Of a DNA stretch of 64,000 nucleotides, positions 52,295 through 62,809 are shown in pieces. The position numbers were made by a program, and so were the translations under genes. The notes under the pieces were generated by a model. That model was not told the origin of the DNA and searched no databases. It worked only from the letters and a program-made list of their open reading frames with translations. The DNA is from an uncultured archaeon (GTDB lineage Archaea; Thermoproteota; Bathyarchaeia; Bathyarchaeales; Bathycorpusculaceae), in contig CAWENF010000019.1 in NCBI GenBank assembly GCA_963810275.1, positions 1 through 64,000 of the forward strand. The letters run 5' to 3'. Within the stretch, counting starts at the first letter, position 1; every line of letters starts with the position of its first letter.

Positions 52295-53635
52295 GTTGTG
52301 CCTCCCCGCACAACTACTCCTGCTCCGCCTTTGGCGACAACTTCTCCTTCCTCGAAAACCACTGTACCGCCGACTATGGTCTTGTCGATTCTACCCCAGA
52401 GTTCCCACCCGTTGTAAGGGCTGAACTTGGCTTTGGACTTGAATTTGGATGCGTCAACCTTTACCTTGCAGTAATCCACTATAGTTAAGTCTGCAGTTTT
52501 ACCTTCCTCAATTTTCCCCCGGTCGGCTAAACCAAAGATTTCCGCCGGCTTCTCTGCCAAGAGCGAGACAAGCTGCTCGATTGAGAGGTTACCTTCTTTA
52601 ACCATGCTAAGCATAAGCGGCAGGGTTACTTCTAAGCCGGGGATTCCAGGTTTTATCTCCCAGATGCTCCTTGCAGTCTTCTCCTCTAATGACGTGGGGG
52701 GCATGGTCACTGCCTAAGGTATCAATTATGCCATCATGTATGCCCTGCCATAGCGATTCAACGTTTGTTCGGTCACGTAGTGGAGGCGCCACTATGGCTA
52801 AGCCGCCGTATACCGCAATACGATTGTTTGTAAGCATCAGGTGGTTTGGGGTTACTTCGCAAGTAATCGAGGCGTCGGCTTTTTTCGCTTCTGTAATTAC
52901 CTCTAAGCTCTTGGCTGTAGATATGTGGAGGAAGTGCAGGTGGACATCGATTTTCTTTGAAAGTTCGAGGACGCGTTTGATGGCTTTAACTTCGGCTGCT
53001 TCATTGTGAACTCGCAGGTAGTCAGCCGCAGTGATTTTTTGAGCAGCTTTATACTGCTCCGCTCTGGCGGCGACGGCGGCGTGGTCTTCGGCATGAACCG
53101 CCAAGGGCAACCCTGTGTCACCGATGGCTTGGAGGGCTTCTTTTAGAGCTGCGTCGTCATCCACGTTTACCCCACCCATCTGAGTATCCATAAACAGTTT
53201 GAAACCCACTGAGCCTTTCTCAGCGATGGCTTTGATTTCAGGCAACGTTTTTGGCAGCTCAGAGTAGAAGCCCACGTTGACAAAAATCCGTCTCTGCGCA
53301 AGCTCAATACGATTGCTCAAAGTCTTTGCACTCATAGTGACGGGCATGTTGTTTGGCATGTCCAATACAGTAGTGAACCCCCCTGCCGCAGCCGCCGAGG
53401 TCCCCGACATGAAGTCTTCCTTGTTCGCCTTGCCTTCGTCGCGCAGATGAACGTGCTCGTCAATTAAGCCGGGTAAGACGAGAAGATTGTGAAGGTCTGT
53501 TTTTTGGTCGGCCTTCGGCATGTGGGTTTCTCTGCCGACTTTAGCTATTTTGCCGTCTTCCATGGATATGGCGCAATCCACGATTTCGCCTTTGAAGTAT
53601 GCTTTTGCGTTGAGAAGCACGGAGTCAACAATCAC
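52291..53635 (-). CDS. pyrC: Dihydroorotase family amidohydrolase; +1 indel near 52694
   Basis: IDEHVHLRD, DMPN, HAED, EVTPNHL, PPLR, SDHAPH / PGIPGLE, ADLTIVD, SPYNG. Confidence 0.85.
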
Positions 53636-53983
53636 TTTAATTCACGTCCATAGTGTAGAAAATAGTCTGTAATAAGTTTCATAGTTCCAAGCAAAAAACT
53701 TAACTGAATGCAAAGAAATATTTGCACAAGAGAAGGGATGCATATTAAAAAACAAAAAAATTAACAGGTTTTCAGAGATGTTCCTTCTCTTTATCTTGCG
53801 CCCCGTGGTTTACTCTAAATCTTCTTTTCTCGCCAAAGTAGCTTTATCCCTCTACGGGTTGATTCACAGCGTAACGGTGGTTTCCAGCAAGAGGTTCAGC
53901 GCATTAAAAAGCCTGCTGAACTACACGGCAGCCATAACACAGAAAAAGCTTGAGGCAAAAGACCAGAGATGAAGGAAGAAAAA

Positions 53984-54565
53984 TTATTCTTCTTGTTCAA
54001 GCTCGATTCTGCATTCGTCACAGATGTTTTGCCCGTCGACTTCTAGGAGGCTATCGGAGTAGGCTTCGCAACGGTCACAGTAACCCGACATGGGACTCGC
54101 ATCAACTTCCGTAATAGCACATTCGCCTTCTTCGATTCGCTGGTGCTCTTGCATAATCTCCAACAACTCAGGCATAACACCCAAGATGTCTTTACTGGTT
54201 ATGATACCAACTAGGTTTCCCTTATAGGTAACGCCAAGTCTTCTAATGTCAAGCCGAGTCATTCTTCTAGCGGCGTCGCTTATAGTGGCTTCCGGCTCAA
54301 TGGTGACCAGCGGAGTAGTCATAGCGTCTCTTGCTTTCACGGTATCTGGTTTGAGGTTTTTAGCAACAACCCGTTTGACGAGGTCACGTTCAGTGATTAT
54401 GCCGATGGAGTTTCCGGATTTGTTCTGCACGATAACAGCACCCAAGTCTTTCATATCCATGTTTTCAGCGGCGGTGTTACTCGTTTCGTCCTCGTCAATA
54501 GTGATGACTGGACTGCTCATGATGTCTCTGACTATCATTTTAGGTCTCAAACCGAGTTCAGACAT
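53984..54565 (-). CDS. CBS pair protein with C-terminal zinc ribbon
   Basis: GIITERDL, GIITSKDI; GYCDRC...ICDEC. Confidence 0.88.
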   Translation of the reverse strand: MSELGLRPKMIVRDIMSSPVITIDEDETSNTAAENMDMKDLGAVIVQNKSGNSIGIITERDLVKRVVAKNLKPDTVKARDAMTTPLVTIEPEATISDAARRMTRLDIRRLGVTYKGNLVGIITSKDILGVMPELLEIMQEHQRIEEGECAITEVDASPMSGYCDRCEAYSDSLLEVDGQNICDECRIELEQEE

Positions 54566-54776
54566 GATGTTTTACCTCGATAATTTAGTTCCGAATGAAA
54601 ATAAAAAGAACGCACGATTTAAGAGTTACTAACAATTAGAAATCAACACTTTAAACAGCGAAAAGGCTTAACTTATCTCCAGAGGCCAGGGTGTAACTCT
54701 CGAAAATTTTATGAGCACATATATAAGGCACTGAAGTTCATATTTGCAACAAAAGAATCAATAGGAGAACGAAAGA

Positions 54777-55070
54777 ATGCCATTTAAGCGAAAAAGCCGA
54801 GGAAGATCAAAAGGCAGCAAAGGAAGTAGCACACTAGTTCAATGCGTTAACTGCGGATCGATGGTGCCGCGTGATAAAGCTAAGAAATCCACACGCCGCG
54901 TCTCATTCGTCGAACCTCAACTTGCCAAGGAGCTTCGCCAAAAAGGCACATTTTTAGCTTCTTGGGTTGACACAAAGTATTACTGCATTTCATGTGCAGT
55001 GCACCGTGGCATCGTTAAGGTCAGAGCCGAGAACGAACGCCACACAAAATATAGACGTCAAAGATACTAA
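54777..55070 (+). CDS. rps26e: 30S ribosomal protein S26e
   Basis: KRKSRGR, VQCVNCG..VPRDKA, YCISCAVH. Confidence 0.95.
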   Translation: MPFKRKSRGRSKGSKGSSTLVQCVNCGSMVPRDKAKKSTRRVSFVEPQLAKELRQKGTFLASWVDTKYYCISCAVHRGIVKVRAENERHTKYRRQRY

Positions 55071-55089
55071 GCGGCAATTTACTGCTTAC

Positions 55090-55720
55090 TTACTTTTTCT
55101 TTAGTTCCCTGTAAACATGCCACACCCTCTGCAGAACGGTAATTATCGACAACAACGCAATTAACGCCACACCAAAGCCGAGGGCAGGCAACCAGAAAAA
55201 TGCAGCTATGCTGGCGGCAGCCAAAATCAACATCCGCTCCGCGCGCTCAGCAATGCCCACCGACTCCATTTTCACATCCATAACTTCGGCGCGAGCGCGG
55301 GTATAGCTGACAAGCATAGACGCAATCAAAGCCGACAAGGCAACTATAGTGCCCCAGTAAACGCTACCACTAAACGCGTAAACACATAAACCTGAAACTA
55401 TTATGCCTGCATAGGAGGCTGCATCTGCGAAGCGATCAAGAACGGAGTCAAAGAAGCCGCCGAAAGCTGAGGTCTGCTGGTATGTGCGGGCGACTATGCC
55501 GTCCATGGTGTCACTGAAGCCTGAGGCTAACATGAAAAACACTGCGAGAAGCAGAAGCCAAGGCATAGACGTGGAGGCTAATGGCGTAGCACACGGCGGA
55601 TGCAATGGCTAAGATGAAGCCGATTACGCTTATGATGTTTGGGGTTAACCCCATTTTATGTGCGATTTTGGCTTCGATTTGGAATATTTCTTGGATTTTC
55701 CTTTTAAATTGGGTAAGCAA
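55090..55720 (-). CDS. CDP-alcohol phosphatidyltransferase (archaetidylinositol-phosphate synthase-like); +1 indel near 55581
   Basis: GLTPN.IS, D.MDG.VAR...S.FG.F.DS.LDRFAD, SYTRARAE, ERAER. Confidence 0.88.
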
Positions 55721-55929
55721 ATTTATGCGTCTCGAGCGGTGTTGTAGCCAACTAGGGGGTTGGCTGTAGAAAAGCCTTTCTTAACTTGTCGTTTAGCCTT
55801 TTAGGCAGCCAAAGGGTTTTTTCAATGTACTTATTAGGGAGGAATTCCAATAGATGGCAGTAACGTTCCATGCGCCTTAAAAACGCAGTTTAGCGACGTT
55901 ACACAAAGATTCATAGGAAGTAAAATGAT

Positions 55930-56217
55930 ATGACTGAAAATGCAGACGTTATCTTCGTCGGAAACAAACCCCCAATGAGCTATGTTCTGGCAATTATCAC
56001 AAGCCTCTCCTCGGGCAAACTCAACGAAATCACCCTCAAAGCAAGGGGCCAAGCCATAACAACCGCAGTTGATGTAGCAGAGATCGCAAGAAACCGCTTC
56101 ATAAAAGACCTCAAAGTGACCAAAATCGCAATCGGAACTGCAGAGATGCCACCACGCGAGGGCGAGAACAAGTCCAGAATGGTTTCCACCATGGAGATAA
56201 CCCTTACCAAAAAGTAA
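55930..56217 (+). CDS. albA: Alba chromatin/RNA-binding protein
   Basis: FVGNKPPMSYVLA, KARGQAI..AVDVAE, VSTMEI.L. Confidence 0.95.
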   Translation: MTENADVIFVGNKPPMSYVLAIITSLSSGKLNEITLKARGQAITTAVDVAEIARNRFIKDLKVTKIAIGTAEMPPREGENKSRMVSTMEITLTKK

Positions 56218-56442
56218 ACTGGAACTGGACATGTATTATAACAGTTTAAAATAACAAACCCACATCTTTATTTTTTAATTTTCTTTTGGAGTTTTTCATA
56301 TGGCTGCCTGATCTTCAGACTGTTTTACGCTTACAAAGAATGCGAGATTAACACCTGATTTTTTTAAACAAGTGCATATTTTGTGGGGACATCCTCCATG
56401 GCGGAAAACGGCTGTCTAGGAACACAACTTTAATAGCGCCAT

Positions 56443-57753
56443 ATGTTACTTTCAACAGCCAAAGGGGGAACACGCTTGGCTTTAGATGCAGTGCTAACCG
56501 CAATCGTAACTATCTGTATATTGGTCTTCTCAGCAAAGATACTGGGCGAAGTGTTCTCCTGGAGAAAAATTCCCTCGGTACTAGGCGAGTTGTTCGCTGG
56601 GGTGCTTCTTGGACCTTTCGCGCTTGGTTCACTTCTTGCCATCAATGGCACACAGCTTATAGAAATAAACGAAATAGTGCGAGCTTTTGGCGAAATCGGC
56701 GGCATCCTTATCCTCTTCATTGCTGGTTTAGAAATGACTTTTCGTGACTTCCGCAAAGTCGGAACCGCAGGCTTTGTAATCGGAACAGTCGGAGTAGTTG
56801 TCCCCTTCGTTATGGGTTATGGAATTACAATTTTGCTAGGCTATGACGTGATATCGGCACTAGTAATTGGTGCAGCGTTGGTCGCCACAAGCATCTCCAT
56901 TACTGCCCTTGTGCTTCAGGAAATAAATCAGACTAGACGCATCGAAGCCCGAATGATGATTAGCGCAGCCGTCGTCGACGATGTGTTAGGCTTAGCGATT
57001 TTAGGCGTAATCGTCTCGTTCATATCCACCGCCACCCCCATAACACCGTTAAACGTTGTCGTAGTTATCGCCACCTCACTGGGAATTTGGCTAACCATGA
57101 CCGTATTTGCCTCGCTAATTTTGCCGCGGCTAATCAATCTAACCTCAAAAGGCAAAACCGAAGGAACCGTGGAAGCCGCAGCTACTGCTTCATGCTTCGG
57201 AGCTTCAGCCTTAGCCGCAGCGCTTGGCTTGTCACCCATCGTTGGGGCATTTGCAGCTGGAATGGCAGTGGCAAGCTCAAAAGCCATAGATAAAATCCGT
57301 GACTACTCAAAAAAACTCAGTGTGGTCTTCTCGCCTGTATTCTTCGCTTTAGCGGGAGCTCAATTCGACGTAAGAGCCTTTTTGACTTCAGACTGGACAT
57401 TTTACGCTTTCTTTGCGATTATAGTTATAATTGCTTTTGCAAGCAAAATGATTGGGTGCGCACTACCAGCCGCGTACTTCCTTAAGAGCAAAAGCAAGGG
57501 CTACAAAGTGGGTTACGGCATGGTTTCTAGGGGCGAAGTCGGGTTAATTGTGGCTGGAGTCGCAATATCTGCCGGCGCAATAACCCAGAGCACTTACGCA
57601 GCCATTTTGGGTATGATTATGATTACTACGGTTTTGGCTCCGGTGCTGCTTAAAAGGTCCTACGAGAAGGATCATGAGAAAGCAGAGGAAGAAACTGAAC
57701 CCGAAGTTGATACTACTGCTCCTGATTACATCCCCACATACCCCTTGGACTAA
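56443..57753 (+). CDS. CPA2 cation:proton antiporter
   Basis: VLGEL.AG..LGP, TSISI, AAVVDD, GAFAAG, SRGEV. Confidence 0.92.
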   Translation: MLLSTAKGGTRLALDAVLTAIVTICILVFSAKILGEVFSWRKIPSVLGELFAGVLLGPFALGSLLAINGTQLIEINEIVRAFGEIGGILILFIAGLEMTFRDFRKVGTAGFVIGTVGVVVPFVMGYGITILLGYDVISALVIGAALVATSISITALVLQEINQTRRIEARMMISAAVVDDVLGLAILGVIVSFISTATPITPLNVVVVIATSLGIWLTMTVFASLILPRLINLTSKGKTEGTVEAAATASCFGASALAAALGLSPIVGAFAAGMAVASSKAIDKIRDYSKKLSVVFSPVFFALAGAQFDVRAFLTSDWTFYAFFAIIVIIAFASKMIGCALPAAYFLKSKSKGYKVGYGMVSRGEVGLIVAGVAISAGAITQSTYAAILGMIMITTVLAPVLLKRSYEKDHEKAEEETEPEVDTTAPDYIPTYPLD

Positions 57754-58075
57754 AAAGAGTAAACGCCTATGCAACTTTTTTCCCTTTCCTGGTACAGCTG
57801 AATCTTATTAGTTGCTAAAACCAGAAGGTTGGCTACGGCAAAAGACAGCATAGCAGGCAAGATAATACAGTTTCGTCTGCGCAAACATTGAATCTTCTAG
57901 AACCACAAATTCCCACACAAAACCGACAAATCAGGCCAGCCAAAACATGAAAAAACAGTAATTTGTGGTTGTTCATACTCACCCTTAGTTTCATTGGAGG
58001 GGTTGGCTGGTTATTAAGCTGACGGATCCCCAAAAATAGCTAAAAGTAAACTAAGTTGAAAAGAAGGTTGGATTC

Positions 58076-58744
58076 TTATTCTCTGCTTGAAAGCACCAAA
58101 ATGTAGTCTGCCGTGTCAGCGCACATGTCGGCTGCTTGCTCAATAAACTCGATAAAGTCATCAAAGATGACCAGTGCACCGCAGTTCATTGAGGCACCAT
58201 ACTTGACAAAGAGACTCTTTGAGTTGAGGTATTCCTCGTCTATGGCGTGTTCGATTTCGCCGACTTTTTTGGCTTCTTTGATGGCTTCGCCGGGGGCGAT
58301 GGAGATTTTTTCGATGCTGTTGCGAAGCGTCTGGGCGGTTTCCACAAGTTTAGTTGTCATGAAAACGGTTTTTTGTCCTAGTTCCTTTGGAATTTCGGTT
58401 TCACCCAGCATTTCTAGGCAGCGCGCTGCGTCTTTGGTGTGGTCTGCCAAAGTGTCTAGGCGCTTAACAAGGTGTAGGAGGTCTTCTCGGTAATCTGAAA
58501 CCAACGCGGCGCCTTTGGATAACTCCAGGAAAGTGTCCGTACGTAGGACATCAACTAATTCTTCGGCTTTGTAGAGGTTTTCAATGTACTTTTGCGCTTC
58601 GCTAAAATTTTGTTCAGAGAAAGCTTTGGTTGCTTTCTGTAACCAAGTGACTGTGTCAAACGCTTTTGTTATCTGTTCATGGGCGAGTTCTAAGCCTCTG
58701 CTTTTGCGGCGTTGCTCGAACCAGTCGTAACTTTTCTTTTCCAC
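58076..58744 (-). CDS. DUF47 / PhoU-like phosphate transport regulator
   Basis: EELVD.LR, REDLL.L...LD.LAD, IEHAID, EQAAD.C.D.AD. Confidence 0.85.
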   Translation of the reverse strand: MEKKSYDWFEQRRKSRGLELAHEQITKAFDTVTWLQKATKAFSEQNFSEAQKYIENLYKAEELVDVLRTDTFLELSKGAALVSDYREDLLHLVKRLDTLADHTKDAARCLEMLGETEIPKELGQKTVFMTTKLVETAQTLRNSIEKISIAPGEAIKEAKKVGEIEHAIDEEYLNSKSLFVKYGASMNCGALVIFDDFIEFIEQAADMCADTADYILVLSSRE

Positions 58745-59115
58745 TACACCATCTCCAGTTATAAAGAAAATATCATATCCTTGAGATATAACCCTTGTCT
58801 ATACCCGCAGGTTAAATCCATAAAGTTTGATTGATTGGCACCCATTTCTTAATTGTAACAATCGGGTATAGCATAAACCAAGTCTACGAAGTCATATCTT
58901 GTTTTTGCTTGATGTTTACTTTTTGTATTTTGTTTCAATTTTTCCCCTCGAAGAAAAATTTAGATGTGGTCAAGCACCATACAAGTTCGACTTTTGCAAG
59001 ATGTTTTGTTTTTTGTTTTGCATGATACACACCACTTCAAGTAGATTTCGTTCCTATAGAGTAACCCAAATAATCTATATAGACTTAGGGAACCCTAAAT
59101 TATTATATTAAAAAT

Positions 59116-60045
59116 TTAGGCGTCCAGAACAATCTTCGCCAATGCTGTCTTATCCGCAAGCGACCGCATAACCGTATCAGCAATAATAACCTCAACTCCC
59201 AATGCTTTAACCCGAGGCGCCTCAGCAAAGTCTTTTTCATCAATCACAAACACATCCATAAAATCCGAGTAAAGCCCTGCCACACCGGCAGTGGATGCCT
59301 CAAAACCCATCGCCCTAAGCATGTGGTCTGCGGGACCCTTAATGGCTTTGCCCTCAACAATCGGACTAACCCCAACCACACGTGCAGATGTTTGCCGCAG
59401 CGCATCCCTGACTCCCTTGACAGAGAGGATAGTGCCCACGCTAACCAGAGGATTACTTGGGCAAACCACCACCAAATTTGCCTGCAAGATCGCCTCTAAA
59501 ACCCCTGGCGCTGCTGTAGCCGAGTCGGCTCCGTCGAATTCGATTCCTAAAATTTCAAGTTGAAACCGGTGTTTGACGAAGTATTCTTCGAAATTCATTG
59601 TACCAATATGGGTTTTGATTTTTGTTTGGAAGTGAGTGTTGCTCATGGGTAAAATCTTGTTTTTCAAACCTAAACGGCGGCTTATTTCGGTGGTGACTTC
59701 AGCAAGGGTTTTGCCCTGCCCTAGTTGGGTGGTGCGGTAGATGTGGGTGGCTAAGTCACGGTCGCCTATGTTAAACCATGCGTCCACACCGTAGCCCTTG
59801 AGTGCTTCAAGGAAGTGGAAGGTATCGCCTTTTATTCCCCAACCTTTTGCTTCATCCACGATGCCTGCCAAGGTGTAGGTGACGATATCTACGTCTGGAG
59901 AAATGTGGAGCCCGAAGAGTTTTATGTCGTCGCCAGTGTTGGCTATCACGGTTAAGTCTGCAGGGTTTATGTGTTGTACTAAGCCGGTTAGGAATCGGGC
60001 TGCGCCTACGCCTCCTGCTAGCGCTGTGACTTTCAAAGTTTTCAC
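59116..60045 (-). CDS. cofD: 2-phospho-L-lactate transferase (F420 biosynthesis)
   Basis: LAGGVGAARF, NTGDD, ISPDVD, WFNIGDRD.ATH..RT, PSNP..S, GPAD. Confidence 0.93.
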   Translation of the reverse strand: MKTLKVTALAGGVGAARFLTGLVQHINPADLTVIANTGDDIKLFGLHISPDVDIVTYTLAGIVDEAKGWGIKGDTFHFLEALKGYGVDAWFNIGDRDLATHIYRTTQLGQGKTLAEVTTEISRRLGLKNKILPMSNTHFQTKIKTHIGTMNFEEYFVKHRFQLEILGIEFDGADSATAAPGVLEAILQANLVVVCPSNPLVSVGTILSVKGVRDALRQTSARVVGVSPIVEGKAIKGPADHMLRAMGFEASTAGVAGLYSDFMDVFVIDEKDFAEAPRVKALGVEVIIADTVMRSLADKTALAKIVLDA

Positions 60046-60135
60046 TCCTCAAACGGGTTTGATAGAACAAGGAGTATGCTGCTTTGCTGGGTTAATATTT
60101 GTTTAGAATTAAAGGGAAAATAAAGGTTGGAGAAG

Positions 60136-60855
60136 TTATTCTACTGGAGCTTCAGCAGCTTCTTCTTCGGGCAGTGGTTCTGCTTCTTCAGGTTCTTCCT
60201 CTTCTTCTTCGAATTCCGCTTCGTCAGCGACGCCGATAGGTTGAACGGTAGATACTGGAATTTCTGCTGGAGCTTTGATAAGCTTGGATTTGCGTATGCC
60301 GACGTGACGTAGTGGAGCGACCAGTTTAGCTTGATTGTAGATATCTGAGGCGATTTTACCTAGCACCATTTCTTGCACGAACTGGTCTAGTGAGAGTGTT
60401 ACAGCTTTTTGTTTGATTATTTTCTCCATCATTTCGCGGATGATTTGTTCCTGTGAGGTTTTAATGCGTGACAGAGTAAGCGCTGAGACGGATATGCGGA
60501 GTTTGAAGCCGTCTTTGGTGACTAGGTTGAATAAGCCGTCCACCTTGGTGGTTCTTCTGCGCACAAGGCTTCTCAGGTAGTCACGTGAGTATTCGTGTCC
60601 TTTGAAGAGAGTCCGTGCGGTTTTGCCTTCTATGGCGTGAATTTGGAAGAACATTTTGAGGTAGTGGTGTGAGAAGTCACCGGTGATGTCGAATAATGTT
60701 GCCTCGACTACTCTGCCTATAAGCATTTGTTCTTCTTGAGCAGGGATGCTGCCGAGCTCTATGTTGCCGAAGAACGATGGCGCGATAACCATGTACCATG
60801 TCTTTGCGCGCCACTTATCGCGTATGTGCTTTGCTGATTTCGTTTTTGCGGACAA
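60136..60855 (-). CDS. rps3ae: 30S ribosomal protein S3Ae with acidic tail
   Basis: RDKWRAKTWY, GRVVE.TL.D.TGD, DYLRSLVRR, PLR.V.IRK. Confidence 0.96.
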   Translation of the reverse strand: MSAKTKSAKHIRDKWRAKTWYMVIAPSFFGNIELGSIPAQEEQMLIGRVVEATLFDITGDFSHHYLKMFFQIHAIEGKTARTLFKGHEYSRDYLRSLVRRRTTKVDGLFNLVTKDGFKLRISVSALTLSRIKTSQEQIIREMMEKIIKQKAVTLSLDQFVQEMVLGKIASDIYNQAKLVAPLRHVGIRKSKLIKAPAEIPVSTVQPIGVADEAEFEEEEEEPEEAEPLPEEEAAEAPVE

Positions 60856-60908
60856 ACTTTATTTCTCCGAGACGAACCACAACATTCTCAAGCCAATATA
60901 TAAAACTT

Positions 60909-62198
60909 TTATTGCTTAGCTGTTATTTTTTCTCTGTTACCCATGTATTTTCGTAGCACTTCAGGGATATTCACTGTGCCATCCTCGTTTTGGTTGTTCT
61001 CCAACAGCGCAACTATGGTTCTGCCAGTGGCGATGGCTGTCGAGTTTAAGGTATGCAATGGCCCAACTGGTGGGGCGCCTTCTTTTAGTCTATACTTAAT
61101 GTTTAGACGACGGGCTTGATAATCGGTGCAGTTACTACAGGACACAACCTCGCGGTAATCGCCTTGTGCGGGCATCCAGGCTTCGAGGTCATATTTTTTG
61201 GCGGCTACTGTGCCGATGTCACCTGTGCAGACGTTAACGACGCGGTAGGCTAAGCCGAGTTTCTGAAGGATGTTCTCTGCGTTTGCCAATAGTTCCTCGT
61301 GTAGTGCAGGTGAGTCTTCAGGTTTGCAGAAGACGAATTGCTCGATTTTGTTGAATTGGTGGGTGCGGAAAATGCCCCGGGTGTCTTTTCCGTGGGCTCC
61401 GGCTTCCTTACGGAAACATGTGCTGACTCCAGCGTATTTGATGGGGAGGTCATCTATTTTGAGGGTTTCGTTCATGTACAGGGCAGCTATCGGATGCTCG
61501 CTGGTGGCGATTAGGTATAGGTCTTCGCCCTCGACTTTGTAGAGCACATCGGCAAAGTCCGCCAGCGAAGTAACACCCTCGTAGGCGGCTCTCGACATCA
61601 AGTAAGGCGGCACAACGGGGATATAGCCGGCTTTTGTGAGTTCATCCATTGCAAAACTCATCAGCGCCATGTCCAAACGCGCTACGTCGCCTTTGAGGTA
61701 GAAGAAGCGTGCACCAGCCACTTTGCCAGCTCGCTCCATATCCACCTGGTCCAGCGCCAATGCCAAATCAATATGGTTTTTAACTTGGAAACTGAACTGT
61801 GGCGGTTCGCCACATTTCTTAACCGTCACGTTATCCGCTGACTCTTTGCCGTAGGGCACGGTTGAGTCAAGCAGGTTTGGTAATGTGAGGAGATAGTTGC
61901 GGATTTGGGCTTCTTGCTGGCAGACTTCTTTTTCGGCCGCCTTGATTTTCTGGTCGACTTCAACGGCTTTTTGGAATTGGACATCGGCGTTTTGGCATGC
62001 TTTTTTGAGTGTAGCTATTTCGATTGTAACTTGTTTACGGTCGTGGCGCAGGTCATTTAGTTTGGTGCTGTTGGCGCGCCACACCTTGTCCAAGGCGATG
62101 AGGTCGTCTAGTATTTTGAGGCATTCAGCACTGTTGCGTTTAGCCAAGTTTTCCCTGACAATCGCCGGATTTTCTCTGATGAGCTTAATGTCTAACAT
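60909..62198 (-). CDS. serS: Seryl-tRNA synthetase (standard type)
   Basis: MLDIKLIRENP, LIATSE, FRKEAG, HQFNKIE, EVVSCSNCTDYQARR, HTLNST. Confidence 0.97.
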   Translation of the reverse strand: MLDIKLIRENPAIVRENLAKRNSAECLKILDDLIALDKVWRANSTKLNDLRHDRKQVTIEIATLKKACQNADVQFQKAVEVDQKIKAAEKEVCQQEAQIRNYLLTLPNLLDSTVPYGKESADNVTVKKCGEPPQFSFQVKNHIDLALALDQVDMERAGKVAGARFFYLKGDVARLDMALMSFAMDELTKAGYIPVVPPYLMSRAAYEGVTSLADFADVLYKVEGEDLYLIATSEHPIAALYMNETLKIDDLPIKYAGVSTCFRKEAGAHGKDTRGIFRTHQFNKIEQFVFCKPEDSPALHEELLANAENILQKLGLAYRVVNVCTGDIGTVAAKKYDLEAWMPAQGDYREVVSCSNCTDYQARRLNIKYRLKEGAPPVGPLHTLNSTAIATGRTIVALLENNQNEDGTVNIPEVLRKYMGNREKITAKQ

Positions 62199-62602
62199 GA
62201 TGGGTCACGCAGGTGTGTTTTGTTACAGTGGAAAAGAGCATTTTAACTTTGCCATGCAGGCGGCTGTTGTGCCTCGGGCACTTTTGTGCTCTCTTCGATA
62301 GACGCCCTCGATTATGAAAGCAGAAGTATAGTTTTCTCTCTTAATGGATGTGTTTGGTCTTTACGCCACCACAAAGGGGCTTTAACGGCAAACTGCGTTT
62401 TGGCTCCTGCCGGTTTCTCAGCGCTTTACGTGATGTGGCAACAGAGTCTTCTTTGCACATGCGGCATGGAAACGATTGTTTGTGTGCATGGCGGCATTTT
62501 GTGTGAAACAATCTTTTTGGCAAGATAGCTTGTGCGGTGAGAATTTGCTTTAGGAAAATTTTAAAGCAGCATCTAACCAACTCTAATCAAAGGTGATATC
62601 GG

Positions 62603-62809
62603 TTGGGCGCTGAACGTGTAATCCACGCATCAATATTCTGCCTACTACTTGCAGGAGTGGGTGCATTGTGTTTTTGGGCAACCTCCAACTATGTGTCCTT
62701 CCAAGACAATCTCAGCCTTTTCATCGCTACTGTATCTCTCAGCTGGGGTATACTTCTGCTGGCGCTGTATCTAGTTTTCAGCAAAATGGACTGGAAATGG
62801 TGGATCTAA
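62603..62809 (+). CDS. Small 2-TM membrane protein
   Basis: TTG start after AGGTGA; two hydrophobic segments. Confidence 0.55.
   Translation: MGAERVIHASIFCLLLAGVGALCFWATSNYVSFQDNLSLFIATVSLSWGILLLALYLVFSKMDWKWWI

Noticed and set aside
60140-60235. GAA-rich low-complexity repeat
   Set aside because: It simply encodes the acidic tail of S3Ae
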